Shown here one piece after another: positions 47,424 to 57,926 of a stretch of 64,000 nt of DNA. A model generated the notes under the pieces. It had not been told where the DNA came from, searched no databases, and saw nothing but the letters and a program-made list of their open reading frames with translations. The stretch's first letter is position 1. Each line of letters starts with the position of its first letter. Position numbers and translations under genes: made by a program. Source of the DNA: an archaeon (GTDB lineage: Archaea > SpSt-1190 > DYHY01); the NCBI GenBank assembly GCA_037442745.1, contig JBBIPP010000003.1, positions 38,692 to 102,691 of the forward strand. Direction: 5' to 3'.

Positions 47424-48733
47424 ACTGGAAAAGGCTTTTGACAAACTGGAAAGTAGTGTTCGCCCTTGCAATAATTGCCCTTTCAATTTTTGTGGTTTCG
47501 CCGAGAATTGGCCCGAACGGCTGGGAAACCAACATCAAAAAGGGGTTTGATCTCGAAGGCGGAGTGCGGGCAATCCTTTCCCCAGAAACCGAGGACAGGC
47601 AGATAATCGGGGACACAATCGAGATTCTACGCCAGAGGCTCAATATCTACGGGCTCCGGGATATCAAGATCAGCACTGCAAGCGACCTCACAGGAGAAAC
47701 CTACATAATTGTCGAGGCGGCAGGCCTCGACGAGGACGACATCAGGAACGTTGTCGCAAAGCAGGGAAAATTCGAGGCAAGGATTGGGAATTCGACAATT
47801 TTCTCGGGTGACGACATTGTCGTTGACGCATACAGGAACGCAATATCCAACGTCAAAGACTATTACGAATACTATATTGCGCTCCGCGTGATAACCCCTG
47901 ATGCGTCCGAGCGCTTTGCAGTCGAGACGAACAGGCTCTCGGTTGCTTTCTCGGACTTTGCCACGGAAAGCGGATACCTGAATGAAACCCTTGACCTCTA
48001 TATTGACGGGACGAAAACGAGCTCCCTTCAGATTTCAGCAGACCTGAAAGGACGGGTTTTTGACAGCCCGGTCGTTCAAGGGGCAGCCCAGACAAAGGAA
48101 GAGGCCCAGACAAGAATGGAGCAGATGAAAGCGCTTCTCCAGTCTGGCTCCCTTCCGATAAAACTCGAGCTCTCGGCAGTCGAGAAAGTCTCCCCAATTC
48201 TCGGAGGCACTCTCCTGAAGAACGTGATGTTCGCGGGAATTCTCGCAATTCTTGCTGTCGGAATTGTAATTTTCATCAGATACCGCTCCCCTGAGATAAC
48301 CGCAATAATGATGGCAACGGTCTTTGCGGAGGCTCTGATTGTCCTTGGAATTTCGGTAATAATAGGCTGGCAGCTGGATCTCTCAGCAATTGCCGGAATA
48401 ATAGTCTCCTTAGGTACGGGGATAAACCAGGAAATAATAATGGTTGACGAGTATTTCCTCTACGGCGCAGACAAGAAGAAGCTCTCATTCAAGGAAAAAA
48501 TAAAGCAGGCGCTCTTCATAATATACGCGGCTTTCGGAACTGGCATTGCGGCAATGCTTCCGTTGGTGTTCATAGGTCTTGGCGCTGTCCGGGGTTTCGC
48601 AATAACAACTCTAATCGGGATGGCGGGAGGGGTTTTCATAACAAGGCCAGCGTTCCTCGCTGCCTTGGACGAGTATGTCTCCAATTCCCCGGATAAGAAA
48701 GGGGAAACTGAAGCGGACAAGCCAGCTGCCTGA
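47420..48733 (+). CDS. secD: Protein translocase subunit SecD
   Basis: GFDLEGG, RLN.YGL, SGSLP, LDL.AIAG..GTG and GFAITT. Confidence 0.93.
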   Translation: MNWKRLLTNWKVVFALAIIALSIFVVSPRIGPNGWETNIKKGFDLEGGVRAILSPETEDRQIIGDTIEILRQRLNIYGLRDIKISTASDLTGETYIIVEAAGLDEDDIRNVVAKQGKFEARIGNSTIFSGDDIVVDAYRNAISNVKDYYEYYIALRVITPDASERFAVETNRLSVAFSDFATESGYLNETLDLYIDGTKTSSLQISADLKGRVFDSPVVQGAAQTKEEAQTRMEQMKALLQSGSLPIKLELSAVEKVSPILGGTLLKNVMFAGILAILAVGIVIFIRYRSPEITAIMMATVFAEALIVLGISVIIGWQLDLSAIAGIIVSLGTGINQEIIMVDEYFLYGADKKKLSFKEKIKQALFIIYAAFGTGIAAMLPLVFIGLGAVRGFAITTLIGMAGGVFITRPAFLAALDEYVSNSPDKKGETEADKPAA

Positions 48734-49072
48734 TTACTCTGAAAGGGAGAGAATTGCTTTTGCAATATCCCCGTTAGCCCCTTCAAGAGCTCTTTTAGCT
48801 TCCTCGAGTGATTTTCCCGTTTTCTCTGCGACAATCGCAGAATCCTCTTCCGAGAACTTGTCAACTCCCTCTCCTCCGGATAAGGAAGCGCCAACCTCGA
48901 CAACGTTCCCCGAAATCTGAAAAGTTGTCTGGCCCATTACCTGCATTTTCATTGCGGACGGGCTCTCAATAACCAGTTTTTTCCCGCCGGAAAGGAATAT
49001 TTCTGCCCGCTCCGCCCGGAGCTCTTCGGTGCTCATCTGCTTCATTATTTTCTGGAGATTTCGTACATCCAT
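48734..49072 (-). CDS. nac: Nascent polypeptide-associated complex protein
   Basis: KIMKQM..E-L, MGQ.TFQI.G and UBA-like tail GDIAKAI. Confidence 0.9.
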   Translation of the reverse strand: MDVRNLQKIMKQMSTEELRAERAEIFLSGGKKLVIESPSAMKMQVMGQTTFQISGNVVEVGASLSGGEGVDKFSEEDSAIVAEKTGKSLEEAKRALEGANGDIAKAILSLSE

Positions 49073-49470
49073 TATTTCCAATCCGCCTGTTTCACGTATT
49101 TAGCAATTATCACAGGAATCGGCGAATTGTCGAAAACATAGCTCCCGGTCTTTCCCAAAGGGGAGCTCCCGTCCTCTACAGTTGCCCCGATTACAAGATA
49201 ATCATACCCTTTCTTCGCCTCGGCAAGTATTGAATCCCCCGGATTCTCTGTTTCAATCCGGATGAACTTGACATCAATTGCGAAGGTTTCCTCAAGCCGG
49301 CTCTTTATTTTCGCAATTATCCGGAGCTGTTCCTCTGTTTGTGGAACGCCCCGCCTCCTTGCGGAGAAAACGACTGTCTGGGCGTTCAATTCCCTTGAAA
49401 GGAGCCCGGCAACGTCCCCTGCCTCGAAATCATTGAGCGTTCCCTTTAGCGGAAGGAGGACTTTTCTCAT
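49072..49470 (-). CDS. Universal stress protein (UspA family)
   Basis: KVLLP, P...IL.EA, YD.LVIG and LG.T...V...SP.PV. Confidence 0.8.
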   Translation of the reverse strand: MRKVLLPLKGTLNDFEAGDVAGLLSRELNAQTVVFSARRRGVPQTEEQLRIIAKIKSRLEETFAIDVKFIRIETENPGDSILAEAKKGYDYLVIGATVEDGSSPLGKTGSYVFDNSPIPVIIAKYVKQADWK

Positions 49471-49578
49471 GTGCCAAAGGGGGCAACCGCCAGCTTTTTA
49501 TTCTTTTCCGAAAGGATGCGCTTCCTTGTGGATGATGACTCTGCGCTGACGATCGGGCCCAATGAAACGTGCCCGGAA

Positions 49579-50802
49579 ATGAATGAGATTTTGAGTTCTG
49601 ACACTTGCAAGCCGTTCATGACAGGGAGCCTTCCGGGAACTGGCGGGGTTTTCAAGGCAACTCCCGAGGATTTCGTTGTTGAGGAAATCCCCGCGTTCCA
49701 GTTCTCTGGAACCGGCGAGCACCTAATTCTCCTTGCCGAAAAAAAGGGAATAACAACCCAGAAAGCGAAGGAGATTTTGGCCCGGGCTTTCGGAGTGTTC
49801 GACGAAGCGGTCGGTTTTTCCGGAATCAAGGATTCCTATGCGCTGACCCGCCAGAATTTCTCAGTCCACACGAGGGAAAACGCCCCCCACCTAACCCTTC
49901 CCCCGAACCTGAGGATAATTTCGACAACCCGCCACATCCACAAGCTCCGTGCGGGAATGCTCTCCGGGAACAGGTTCGATATAATTGTCCGCGGAGCAAA
50001 GTCTCCGGAAAACGCGGGGCCAATATTGGAGGAAATTTTCAAAAGAGGGCTCCCCAACTATTATGGCGCCCAGAGGTTCGGAAGCCTTAGGAACGTCTCC
50101 GGAATTGTCGGCTCCTTCCTTGCAAAGGGGGATTTTGAAAACGCCCTCCGAGCATATGTTTCGGAGACCGGAGAATCCGAAAGCGAGCAGGTGAAGAACG
50201 CCCGGAAGCTTTTCTTGGAGAGCGACTTGAAAGGCGCCCTCAGAGAGTTTCCCCGCACAAATGAATACGAAATCCGCCTGATATTGAACCTTCTCTCCGG
50301 GGATTCTCCCGAGAAAGCTTTCAGGAAGGCAATTCCAAGAAACCTCATCCGCCTATTCGTTTCGGCAGCCCAGTCCCAAGTGTTCAACGAAATTCTTGCG
50401 AAAAGAATCGAAACAATTGACAAATTCATTGAAGGGGATATCGGAATGTTCTCAAAGGGCGTGACATTCTTCAAAAAAACCTCCCCGGACGACCCCCGGC
50501 TGAAGGAGAAGAAAGTCTCTCCTTCCGGACTCTTGTTCGGAGCAAAAGTCCCCCTTGCAGAAGGGCTCGCAGGGGAAATAGAGAGGGTTGCCCTCGAAAA
50601 ATTCTCAATAAAGGAATGGGACTTGCCAGGATTCAGAAATCTCCCGTTCTCGTTCGACCTGGACGGCTCAAGAAGGCGCCTGCGGGAAATTCTCCCAGAG
50701 CCACCCAAAGCAGAACTGCTCGGGGAAGGAACGCTCCGGCTAAGGTTCACCCTTCCGAAAGGCACATATGCGACGGAACTGCTGAGGGAAGTGATGAAAT
50801 AA
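49579..50802 (+). CDS. truD: tRNA pseudouridine(13) synthase TruD
   Basis: PEDF.VEE, GIKD..A.TRQ, GNRF, NYYG.QRFG and F.LP.G.YAT. Confidence 0.94.
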   Translation: MNEILSSDTCKPFMTGSLPGTGGVFKATPEDFVVEEIPAFQFSGTGEHLILLAEKKGITTQKAKEILARAFGVFDEAVGFSGIKDSYALTRQNFSVHTRENAPHLTLPPNLRIISTTRHIHKLRAGMLSGNRFDIIVRGAKSPENAGPILEEIFKRGLPNYYGAQRFGSLRNVSGIVGSFLAKGDFENALRAYVSETGESESEQVKNARKLFLESDLKGALREFPRTNEYEIRLILNLLSGDSPEKAFRKAIPRNLIRLFVSAAQSQVFNEILAKRIETIDKFIEGDIGMFSKGVTFFKKTSPDDPRLKEKKVSPSGLLFGAKVPLAEGLAGEIERVALEKFSIKEWDLPGFRNLPFSFDLDGSRRRLREILPEPPKAELLGEGTLRLRFTLPKGTYATELLREVMK

Positions 50803-50806
50803 GGGA

Positions 50807-52171
50807 ATGGCTAATGTGAAGAAGACTCTTTCCGAATGGGGGCTCCTGCTACCAATTCTCGCATTCGGCATTTTCCTCAGAGTCTGGACGAACCCGACCC
50901 CATTGACAGGGATAATAGGCGCTGACGGGCTTTTCCATTCCTGGCTTGTGTCGGAAACGGTTTCATCCGGCGCATTCCCGTCAGTCGACCCCTTCTCATG
51001 GGGGGGCCGGCAGGTATCGTATTTCCCAGGATTCCATTTTCTCTTCTCGGCAATTCTCCTTTCATCGGGAATCTCAAATTTCCTTTCCCAAGGGTTCGTC
51101 TTCTCCCTTGCCGGGCCAGCCCTTTTCTCGCTTGCGTTCTTCGCCCTAGCGGTTTTCTCGAAAAAGTCCGCAATACGCCCGGAAATAACCTGCGCAATAT
51201 TCTCAGCAATCCCTATACTCTTCTGGAAGACTTCAATGAATTTCCTCCCGGACGCCCTGACAATCTCTCTTGCGGTTTTCCTCCTGTTCATTGAGAAGAA
51301 TTCCCCCGGGCCCCTCACGTATTTCCTCCTCCTGGCAGGAGTCCTTTCCCACCCAATATTCGCGCTCGTGTCAATTGCCAGTCTTGCATACGGATTGAGA
51401 AAGGGTTTTTTCGCCCGCGCCCTCCTGACATTCTCTCTCGCAATCCTGACAGCAGTTGCGATAATATTTTTCATTGGGAAGACGATGCCACTGCCGTCCC
51501 CGGATTCAGTATTGGCCCAAGGAATTCCCGAACGCATGAAAGCCGAGATTTTCGAGGGGTTTGATGTCGGAAAAATAGCATACAGAATTGGCCCATCGCT
51601 TCTCCCATTTCTTCTGGCTTTCCCAGCAAGCTTCTTTGGGTTCCTCTCTTTCCTTGTCCCGGCAGGGCTTCGGATAATTGAGCTTGACAGAGTCCTCATT
51701 TTCTCGGCAATCCTCCTCATCCCTGTAGCTGCAACATTCATATCGAAAAGGAAGAGGTTCGCCCAGACCCTGTTCGTTTTGGTAATTCTTGCATGGGCGC
51801 TATTCTCAATGAAAGCGCTCTCGTGGGCTCCTCTCTCAAGGGAGGATTTCAATTCCCTTGGATGGATTTCCGAAAATTCCGAAATTTCCCGCCCAATCCT
51901 CTCCCTTCCCGGAGACGGATATTCTGTAGCGTATCTTTCGAAAAGGAAAAACTCGATTGACGGGAGGTTTTCCGGGTCAAGCGGAGGAGACGCCCGCCTT
52001 GACGCTGTTTTAAGGTCAATAGAGGATCCTTTGGCCAATCCGCCCCCTTCTGGCGAAAGGCACCTTCTGATATCCTCAAGAACCTCCCAAATCTCGCCGG
52101 CTGGGGAATGGTCCCTAATCTGCGAGAGCAAGGGGAATGAAGGGGTTTATTCCTCCCCTTATAGAATGTAA
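50807..52171 (+). CDS. Multi-pass membrane protein, probable GT-C/STT3-like fold
   Basis: GADGLFH loop after TM1, YFPGFH, many TM helices and a soluble C-terminus (WI.EN). Confidence 0.6.
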   Translation: MANVKKTLSEWGLLLPILAFGIFLRVWTNPTPLTGIIGADGLFHSWLVSETVSSGAFPSVDPFSWGGRQVSYFPGFHFLFSAILLSSGISNFLSQGFVFSLAGPALFSLAFFALAVFSKKSAIRPEITCAIFSAIPILFWKTSMNFLPDALTISLAVFLLFIEKNSPGPLTYFLLLAGVLSHPIFALVSIASLAYGLRKGFFARALLTFSLAILTAVAIIFFIGKTMPLPSPDSVLAQGIPERMKAEIFEGFDVGKIAYRIGPSLLPFLLAFPASFFGFLSFLVPAGLRIIELDRVLIFSAILLIPVAATFISKRKRFAQTLFVLVILAWALFSMKALSWAPLSREDFNSLGWISENSEISRPILSLPGDGYSVAYLSKRKNSIDGRFSGSSGGDARLDAVLRSIEDPLANPPPSGERHLLISSRTSQISPAGEWSLICESKGNEGVYSSPYRM

Positions 52172-52213
52172 GAAAAGAGTTAAAACCCGTTTTTACTGGG
52201 TTTCCCGAAGAAA

Positions 52214-53521
52214 ATGCTCTCGTCCGGAACTGCCCTGTCCTATGGGGTGCTCGCCTCTTTCTTCATTTTCCTCTATTGCGCGTTCTACTGGATATTCGTT
52301 TTTTTCGAGGAAACCTCGAAGAAAGCCTCCGCCGAAAAGAAGGCGCGCGATTCGGCATTTTCACGGGCACCCTTCCCGAAGGTCACAGTCCTCATCCCGG
52401 CATACAATTGCAAGAGGACAATTGAAAAGGCAATTGATTCCTGCTTTGCCCTCGATTACCCGAGGGACTGCATTGACCTGATTGTAATTGACGACGGCTC
52501 CACTGACGGAACCGGGAAATTGCTCGAGGCCCTCAGGAAGAAGCGCAAATTCTCCCTAATAAGGAAGAGGAACTCGGGAAAAGCGGACGCTCTCAATTTT
52601 GCCCTCCCCCGAGTAAAGACCACTTTCGTATCCTGCCTCGATGCGGACAGCTTCTTTCGCCCCGGGGCAATGAAAGCCCTCTTCTCGGAAATTTCCGGCC
52701 GGCCGGAGATCGCTGCAGTCGCATCTTCAATAAAGGTCCATTCCCCGAAAACGGAGCTTGAGAAAATACAGCGCCTCGAGTATTTCTTCTCAATATATCT
52801 CCGCCGTCTGATGGGACGGATAAACGCAATCTATGTTGTCCCGGGCCCAGGGAGCCTCTTTAGGACAAAAATTCTCCGGAAGCTTGGTGGGTTTGATACA
52901 GAGAACCTGACCGAAGACATGGAAATAGCTTTCAGGATAAAGCGGGCGGGATATTCGATTGGGAACGCCCCGGACGCCGAAGTCGACACAATTGCTCCGA
53001 AGAGCCTAATGTCCCTTGCCCGCCAGAGGACCCGCTGGTATGCCGGATATTTCCAGAACGTCGAGAAATACCGAGACGCAATCCTGAACCCGAAGTTCGC
53101 TGAGCTGGGCCTCTTCATAATCCCGATAAATTTCGCGCTAATAGTCTCAATGACAATAATTTTCACTAGCTTCGTATACGAGAACCTTTCCTCAATTGCC
53201 GATTTCTCAAGGAGGGTTTATCTTGCGGGCCTCGACGCATTCATTTTCAAGCTCCCGGATCTGCTGAATCTGTTCTACTCAATGAACGTGCTAAATGTTT
53301 TCGGCACAATGTTTTTCGTCCTCGGATTCTTCGTAATATACGCGAGCTTCAAGATGTCAAAGGAGACCTTTTTCGGCAGTAGGGAGAACATCCTAGATTA
53401 CGTACTATACACAATATTTTACTTTCCAATGGTTTCCGTATTCTATTTAATGTCGGTGTTCTACTACATTGCAAAGAGGAACAGGGGACTGAAATGGCGG
53501 GCTCAGAATTTTCACTATTGA
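52214..53521 (+). CDS. Processive GT2 (cellulose synthase/PgaC/IcaA-like)
   Basis: DDGSTD, GKA.ALN, DAD, TED and QRTRW (D,D,D,QxxRW). Confidence 0.92.
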   Translation: MLSSGTALSYGVLASFFIFLYCAFYWIFVFFEETSKKASAEKKARDSAFSRAPFPKVTVLIPAYNCKRTIEKAIDSCFALDYPRDCIDLIVIDDGSTDGTGKLLEALRKKRKFSLIRKRNSGKADALNFALPRVKTTFVSCLDADSFFRPGAMKALFSEISGRPEIAAVASSIKVHSPKTELEKIQRLEYFFSIYLRRLMGRINAIYVVPGPGSLFRTKILRKLGGFDTENLTEDMEIAFRIKRAGYSIGNAPDAEVDTIAPKSLMSLARQRTRWYAGYFQNVEKYRDAILNPKFAELGLFIIPINFALIVSMTIIFTSFVYENLSSIADFSRRVYLAGLDAFIFKLPDLLNLFYSMNVLNVFGTMFFVLGFFVIYASFKMSKETFFGSRENILDYVLYTIFYFPMVSVFYLMSVFYYIAKRNRGLKWRAQNFHY

Positions 53522-54177
53522 GGCATTTTTTGGTGCTCGCGCTCACCGTGTTCGTGTTCTTTGCCGGAATCTCCCTAGGAGCCCTCCTCAACAAGGGACA
53601 GGTGTCCGCTCTCGAGGAGGAGATTTCATTCTTCCGGGAGACTGGGGAGGCTGTCCAGTCCTCGAGCATGATGGCCGACGAGTTCGAAGGCGAGCTCGGA
53701 TGCGAGATACTGACGCGGGAGATTTACCGCCAAGGGGAAACCCTCGACAGCATCTCGGCTCATCTTTCAGAATACGAGAAATCCAGGAAATTCGGAGAAT
53801 CCTTCATTGTTCTCAAGGAAAAATACGTCTCCCTTCTCGCGCGCGACTGGCTTTTTGCGAGGAAGGCTCTCCGGCAGTGCCCTGGCGAGGAAAAGCCGTT
53901 CGAGACAATACTCTACTTTTACACCAACGACAATTGCCATTCCTGCACTGACCAGGGAGTTGTCCTCGATGTCATGAAGAAGAAATTCGGCGACCGCCTC
54001 CTGATATTCTCACTGGATACTGACATCAAATCAATCGAAGCAGCTGCCCTGAAAAGGGCATTCAACATAACGGAATATCCCTCAATTGTAATAGGAAAGA
54101 CGGTTTTTCCGGGATTCTCCTCGAAAGACTCGATTGAGAAGGCGCTCCTCGAAGGCCAAGCCCTCCCGCCCGCCTAG
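53494..54177 (+). CDS. Membrane-anchored thioredoxin-fold protein
   Basis: N-terminal TM, coiled region, YFY...CHSC and YPSIV. Confidence 0.75.
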   Translation: MAGSEFSLLRHFLVLALTVFVFFAGISLGALLNKGQVSALEEEISFFRETGEAVQSSSMMADEFEGELGCEILTREIYRQGETLDSISAHLSEYEKSRKFGESFIVLKEKYVSLLARDWLFARKALRQCPGEEKPFETILYFYTNDNCHSCTDQGVVLDVMKKKFGDRLLIFSLDTDIKSIEAAALKRAFNITEYPSIVIGKTVFPGFSSKDSIEKALLEGQALPPA

Positions 54178-54213
54178 AAAAAGTTATATTCAGTCCGGGG
54201 ATCCGGTCTATTG

Positions 54214-54798
54214 ATGCAGGAGGTCCGAAGGCAGGCAATACATCTGATTGCGTTTAGCCTCTGCGCTTTAATGGTGTTCTACCTCCCCCTCCAATTGGTT
54301 ATTTTCGCAGTCTCCTTCTGCCTGGCGTGCGCGATAATCGGGGGGCTTGCTGTGAAATTCGGGCTCGAAGAGAGGATTTTTCCGAAAGGCTTTCGGCCAA
54401 TCTCCTCGATTTACTACCGCTCAGACAAGGGGCGGGCCTCGGCGAAGAAATTCCCATTCTATGGAGCGATAATCGGTCTTGCGGGAATCCTAGCATCCCT
54501 CCTAATTGTCGGCTCCCGCGCATACATTCCGATACTGATACTTGCCTGGGGGGATTCCGCATCAACGCTTGTGGGGATTTATTTCGGAAGAACGAAGCTG
54601 ATTGCCGGCCGAAGCCTTGAAGGGGCAATAGGATTCTTCCTAGTTTCCCTAATACCCCTCTTCATTGCAACCCCTCTCTCAGAAGGGAAAATATTTTTCC
54701 TTGCTCTTGCGGCAACCCTGACCGAGATATTATCCCCAATCGACGACAACCTGACAATTCCGATTGTCTCAAGCTTTCTGATAAAGCTTCTTGCCTGA
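54214..54798 (+). CDS. Dolichol/phytol kinase (SEC59, CTP-dependent) family protein
   Basis: RQAIH, WGDSASTLVG, RSLEG and DDNLTIP. Confidence 0.88.
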   Translation: MQEVRRQAIHLIAFSLCALMVFYLPLQLVIFAVSFCLACAIIGGLAVKFGLEERIFPKGFRPISSIYYRSDKGRASAKKFPFYGAIIGLAGILASLLIVGSRAYIPILILAWGDSASTLVGIYFGRTKLIAGRSLEGAIGFFLVSLIPLFIATPLSEGKIFFLALAATLTEILSPIDDNLTIPIVSSFLIKLLA

Positions 54799-55597
54799 TA
54801 TTTCCCAAAAAATGTTCAAAAAATAGAAATTCGGACCGGAAAAAAGAGCAAGCCCCCAATTTAGAGGCCTACTCTCTGTTTTTTCATCCTTTTCATCCGT
54901 CTTCTTCTTTTTTTTCTCCATTTCCAACGGCTCTTCTGGCCCTGCCGTTTTTTCCATGGATGTGAAGTCTTTGTCATCTTGTTGTTTTCGGGGCTGTTTT
55001 TGTGGTATAAAAGCCTTTCCAACAACCCTTTGCGAAAGGCCTGACCAAAAGCAAGAGGTCGTTGCGACCGCTTTTGCGAAAGAAAAACCCCTCCTAAATT
55101 CCCAAGAGAGCCCCTTTCAAATAAGCTGTTCTGTCAACCTTGCCGCAAATTCCCGGGAAAAAATAATCCAAGAGCTTTTTGCACGCCGAAAAGCTAACCT
55201 GCTCTTTTGAAACGCCGATTTCCTTTAATAATTCCCGCTGCAACAACCTCCTTGTTTTCGTCCGGAGAATCCCGAAGGAACCTCAATTCATCGAGAAGAT
55301 AGGAATCGAGAAGATAAATTGTGCGAAAAGCTCGCCACCTGCTTTTTAGCAATTCGCCATCTTTAGTGAAATAGCCCTCGGCCAATCCGTACATCAGCAC
55401 AGGCTTTCGTAAAGTTTCAGGCGGACTCCCCTGCAAGGGACTTGCGCTTTTCGCTCCAGCCGCTGGGTTTCGATTCGTTCAACCCAAGGAGCCTCGCCAA
55501 TGCTCGGGAACCCAATGCGAAAATCAAGTCCGTCCTCTGGACGGGCCGGTTTTCTTTTTCCCCGAAGGCTTTTTCCTTTTCAAAAGAAAAAGGGATC

Positions 55598-55674
55598 TGG
55601 TGGACCCGCTGGGATTTGAACCCAGGTCAAAGGCTCCGCAAGCCCCCATGCTATCCAAGCTATACCACGGGTCC
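55598..55674 (-). tRNA. tRNA-Arg(GCG), CCA encoded, no intron
   Basis: Acceptor stem GGACCCG/CGGGTCC + ACCA; anticodon loop UU-GCG-GA; T arm CUGGG-UUCAAAU-CCCAG. Confidence 0.93.
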
Positions 55675-55733
55675 GGTGCTTTGAATAATGAAAAACGCCC
55701 ATTTATAAGTTTCAGGGGAACGAGGAATTTTCA

Positions 55734-56618
55734 ATGGTTTCTCCCCAAATTCTCTTCGGAATCGGAGCAATGCTCCTCTGGGCATTGGCAGACATTTTAG
55801 CAATATTCGCAATCAAGAGTGCCGGAAACAGAAAAGCCTTGATATATTCCCAAGCAGTGTCAGCATCCCTTTCAATAATACTTTTTCTTGTCCTAAGACC
55901 CGAATTTTCCCTGTCTGCCAAAGAAGCCTCCCTCTTCCTTCTCTGCGCAACCTTGAACGGCGCAGGGTTCTTCTTTTTTTACAGGGCAATTGAGACGGAC
56001 AAGGCTTCTATTGCCTTCCCCTTGGCATATTCCTGGTCGGTAATTGCCGCAATTCTTTCAATAATTTTTCTCGGGGAAAGGCCCGCTCCTCCGGTTTTCG
56101 CGGGAGCGCTCCTAGTTTTCTTCGGGGGTGTTTTTTCCGAACTGAGGGAAGGGGGGCTGAAAAAATCCACTCTCTCCCTTTCCAATTCCGGAGTTTTCCT
56201 CTCGGCAATTCTCTGGGGAATTGCATACACGATTTTCACTCCCCTGGAAAAGGTTGCGGGGGCAGTTCCTTCAACATTCATCCTGAGAGCTCTCTCCTTT
56301 CCGGCAGTTATTTTCCTGCTATTTGTTGCTTTCCCGAAAAAATCCCCGCAAATTCCCCAAAAAAGGCCCTCCCTTCCGAACACATATCTTCTTTTCCTAG
56401 GAGTCGGTCTCTTTGAACTGTTGGCAGCGCTCTCCTACACTTTCGGAATACACTCTGGAGAAACCTCAATTGTCGCCCCCCTTTCCGCCGGAGCCCCTGC
56501 CCTAATAGTCCTCTTTTCAATATTCGCCTTGAAAGAGCGCTTATCGAAAAGCCAGGTTGCGGGAATATCAATGGTTCTTCTCGGAACGTTCCTTGCATCC
56601 CTTGCAAGCGCCCTCTAG
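55734..56618 (+). CDS. EamA/DMT family transporter
   Basis: Two 5-TM repeats ending LGERP and LKERL. Confidence 0.88.
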   Translation: MVSPQILFGIGAMLLWALADILAIFAIKSAGNRKALIYSQAVSASLSIILFLVLRPEFSLSAKEASLFLLCATLNGAGFFFFYRAIETDKASIAFPLAYSWSVIAAILSIIFLGERPAPPVFAGALLVFFGGVFSELREGGLKKSTLSLSNSGVFLSAILWGIAYTIFTPLEKVAGAVPSTFILRALSFPAVIFLLFVAFPKKSPQIPQKRPSLPNTYLLFLGVGLFELLAALSYTFGIHSGETSIVAPLSAGAPALIVLFSIFALKERLSKSQVAGISMVLLGTFLASLASAL

Positions 56619-56662
56619 CAATATTTCAAATGTTTTATAAATCGGCCAAAGAGCCAATCAGA

Positions 56663-56839
56663 ATGGCATTACATCAGGAAAAACCCTGCATCTCGTGCGG
56701 GAAGAAAATCTCTGCAATCAAAGGCAGTTTGACATTCAAGTGCCCGTCCTGCGGGGACGAGACAATCTACCGGTGCGCTTCGTGCAGGTCAGCCGGAAGA
56801 GCATATGTCTGCAATGGGTGCGGATTCGGTGGCCCCTAA
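56663..56839 (+). CDS. DUF1610 / HVO_2753-family Zn-ribbon protein
   Basis: CISCG, F.CPSCG, I.RC..CR and Y.C..CGF.GP; directly upstream of EF-1beta. Confidence 0.9.
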   Translation: MALHQEKPCISCGKKISAIKGSLTFKCPSCGDETIYRCASCRSAGRAYVCNGCGFGGP

Positions 56840-56840
56840 A

Positions 56841-57152
56841 ATGGACGCTCCCACTCAGCCAAAAAAGGACAAAAAGCCGACAAATGTTATTGTCGAATTC
56901 AAAATAATGCCTGAAGGGCTGGAAGTCGACCTCCCCGGAATTGAGGGGAAATTGAAAGGAATGGGCGCCCAGTCAATCCAGCAAAAGAACGTTGCATTCG
57001 GCCTAAAGGCAATCCACGCGATTTTCGCAATACCCGATTCAGAAGGAGGCGAAATGGACAGGGTTGAGAAGGAAATTCTCGCAATTCCCGGAGTCGGCGG
57101 AGCGGAAGTTGTTAACATGGGAAGACAAGTCGAAATGGACGATTTCCAGTAA
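56841..57152 (+). CDS. ef1b: Archaeal elongation factor 1-beta
   Basis: KIMPE..EVDL and VAFGLKA. Confidence 0.92.
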   Translation: MDAPTQPKKDKKPTNVIVEFKIMPEGLEVDLPGIEGKLKGMGAQSIQQKNVAFGLKAIHAIFAIPDSEGGEMDRVEKEILAIPGVGGAEVVNMGRQVEMDDFQ

Positions 57153-57185
57153 ACCTATAAATAACCAGAAAGCGAATCAGTTTCT

Positions 57186-57926
57186 GTGGAGAACCCAAGG
57201 CATATTGTCGAAATAGTAGAGACCAAATTCGTCAAGCTCGATTCCCCTATTGTTATTGAGGGCTTCCCATCAGTTGGGCTAGTTGGCTCAATTGCAACAG
57301 AATATCTGGCAACAAAGCTCGAAATGGAGGAAATAGGTTTTCTGAGATCTGACAGGCTCCCGCCAGTGACAATTGTAAAGGACGGAGTTCCAAAAACCCC
57401 CATACGTCTATATGCGAAAGACAACCTCATTGTTTTCGTCTCGGACACCGCAATCCCGGAGAACCTCACATATGAGATTGCCCGGACAATTGTTGCCTGG
57501 TCCAAAAAGCACGGAGCGAAAAGGATAATATCAATCGGAGGAATTGCAAGGGAGGAAAAGCCCGCAGAGCAAAAGCTATATGTTGTCGGAACCGACTCCG
57601 CAGAAATAAACGAAATTGTCGAAAAGCAGAAAGCAACCCCAATAAAGCTGGGGTTCTTGACAGGCCTTCTGGGAGTCCTTCTGGTGGAGTCAATGGAGAA
57701 CTCGATTCCAGCCCACGCATACCTGACCGACGCTTTCATTGATTCCCCGGACCCGAAAGCCGCCGCAAAAACCCTCGACGCAATTGCAACAGAGCTCGGC
57801 CTCTCAATTGAGACAGCGTCCCTTGTCCAGACTTCGGACAAGATTGAGAAGAAAATCAACCAGCTGATGACCCAGACAAAAAAGCACATTGACGAGTCCC
57901 ACGCATATCCGAGCGTCTACGGGTGA
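57186..57926 (+). CDS. PAC2-family proteasome assembly chaperone
   Basis: IEGFPSVGLVGSIA..L, PIRLY, SIGG and PDPKAA. Confidence 0.9.
   Translation: MENPRHIVEIVETKFVKLDSPIVIEGFPSVGLVGSIATEYLATKLEMEEIGFLRSDRLPPVTIVKDGVPKTPIRLYAKDNLIVFVSDTAIPENLTYEIARTIVAWSKKHGAKRIISIGGIAREEKPAEQKLYVVGTDSAEINEIVEKQKATPIKLGFLTGLLGVLLVESMENSIPAHAYLTDAFIDSPDPKAAAKTLDAIATELGLSIETASLVQTSDKIEKKINQLMTQTKKHIDESHAYPSVYG

Noticed and set aside
50740-52131. 463-aa antisense ORF (likewise 31138-31938, 46553-47347 and 57155-57889)
   Set aside because: Antisense shadows of real genes, with biased composition and no motifs
55460-55473. CCGCTGGGTTTCGA as a tRNA att duplication
   Set aside because: Only about 8 nt match exactly, it does not include the tRNA 3' terminus, and there is no integrase
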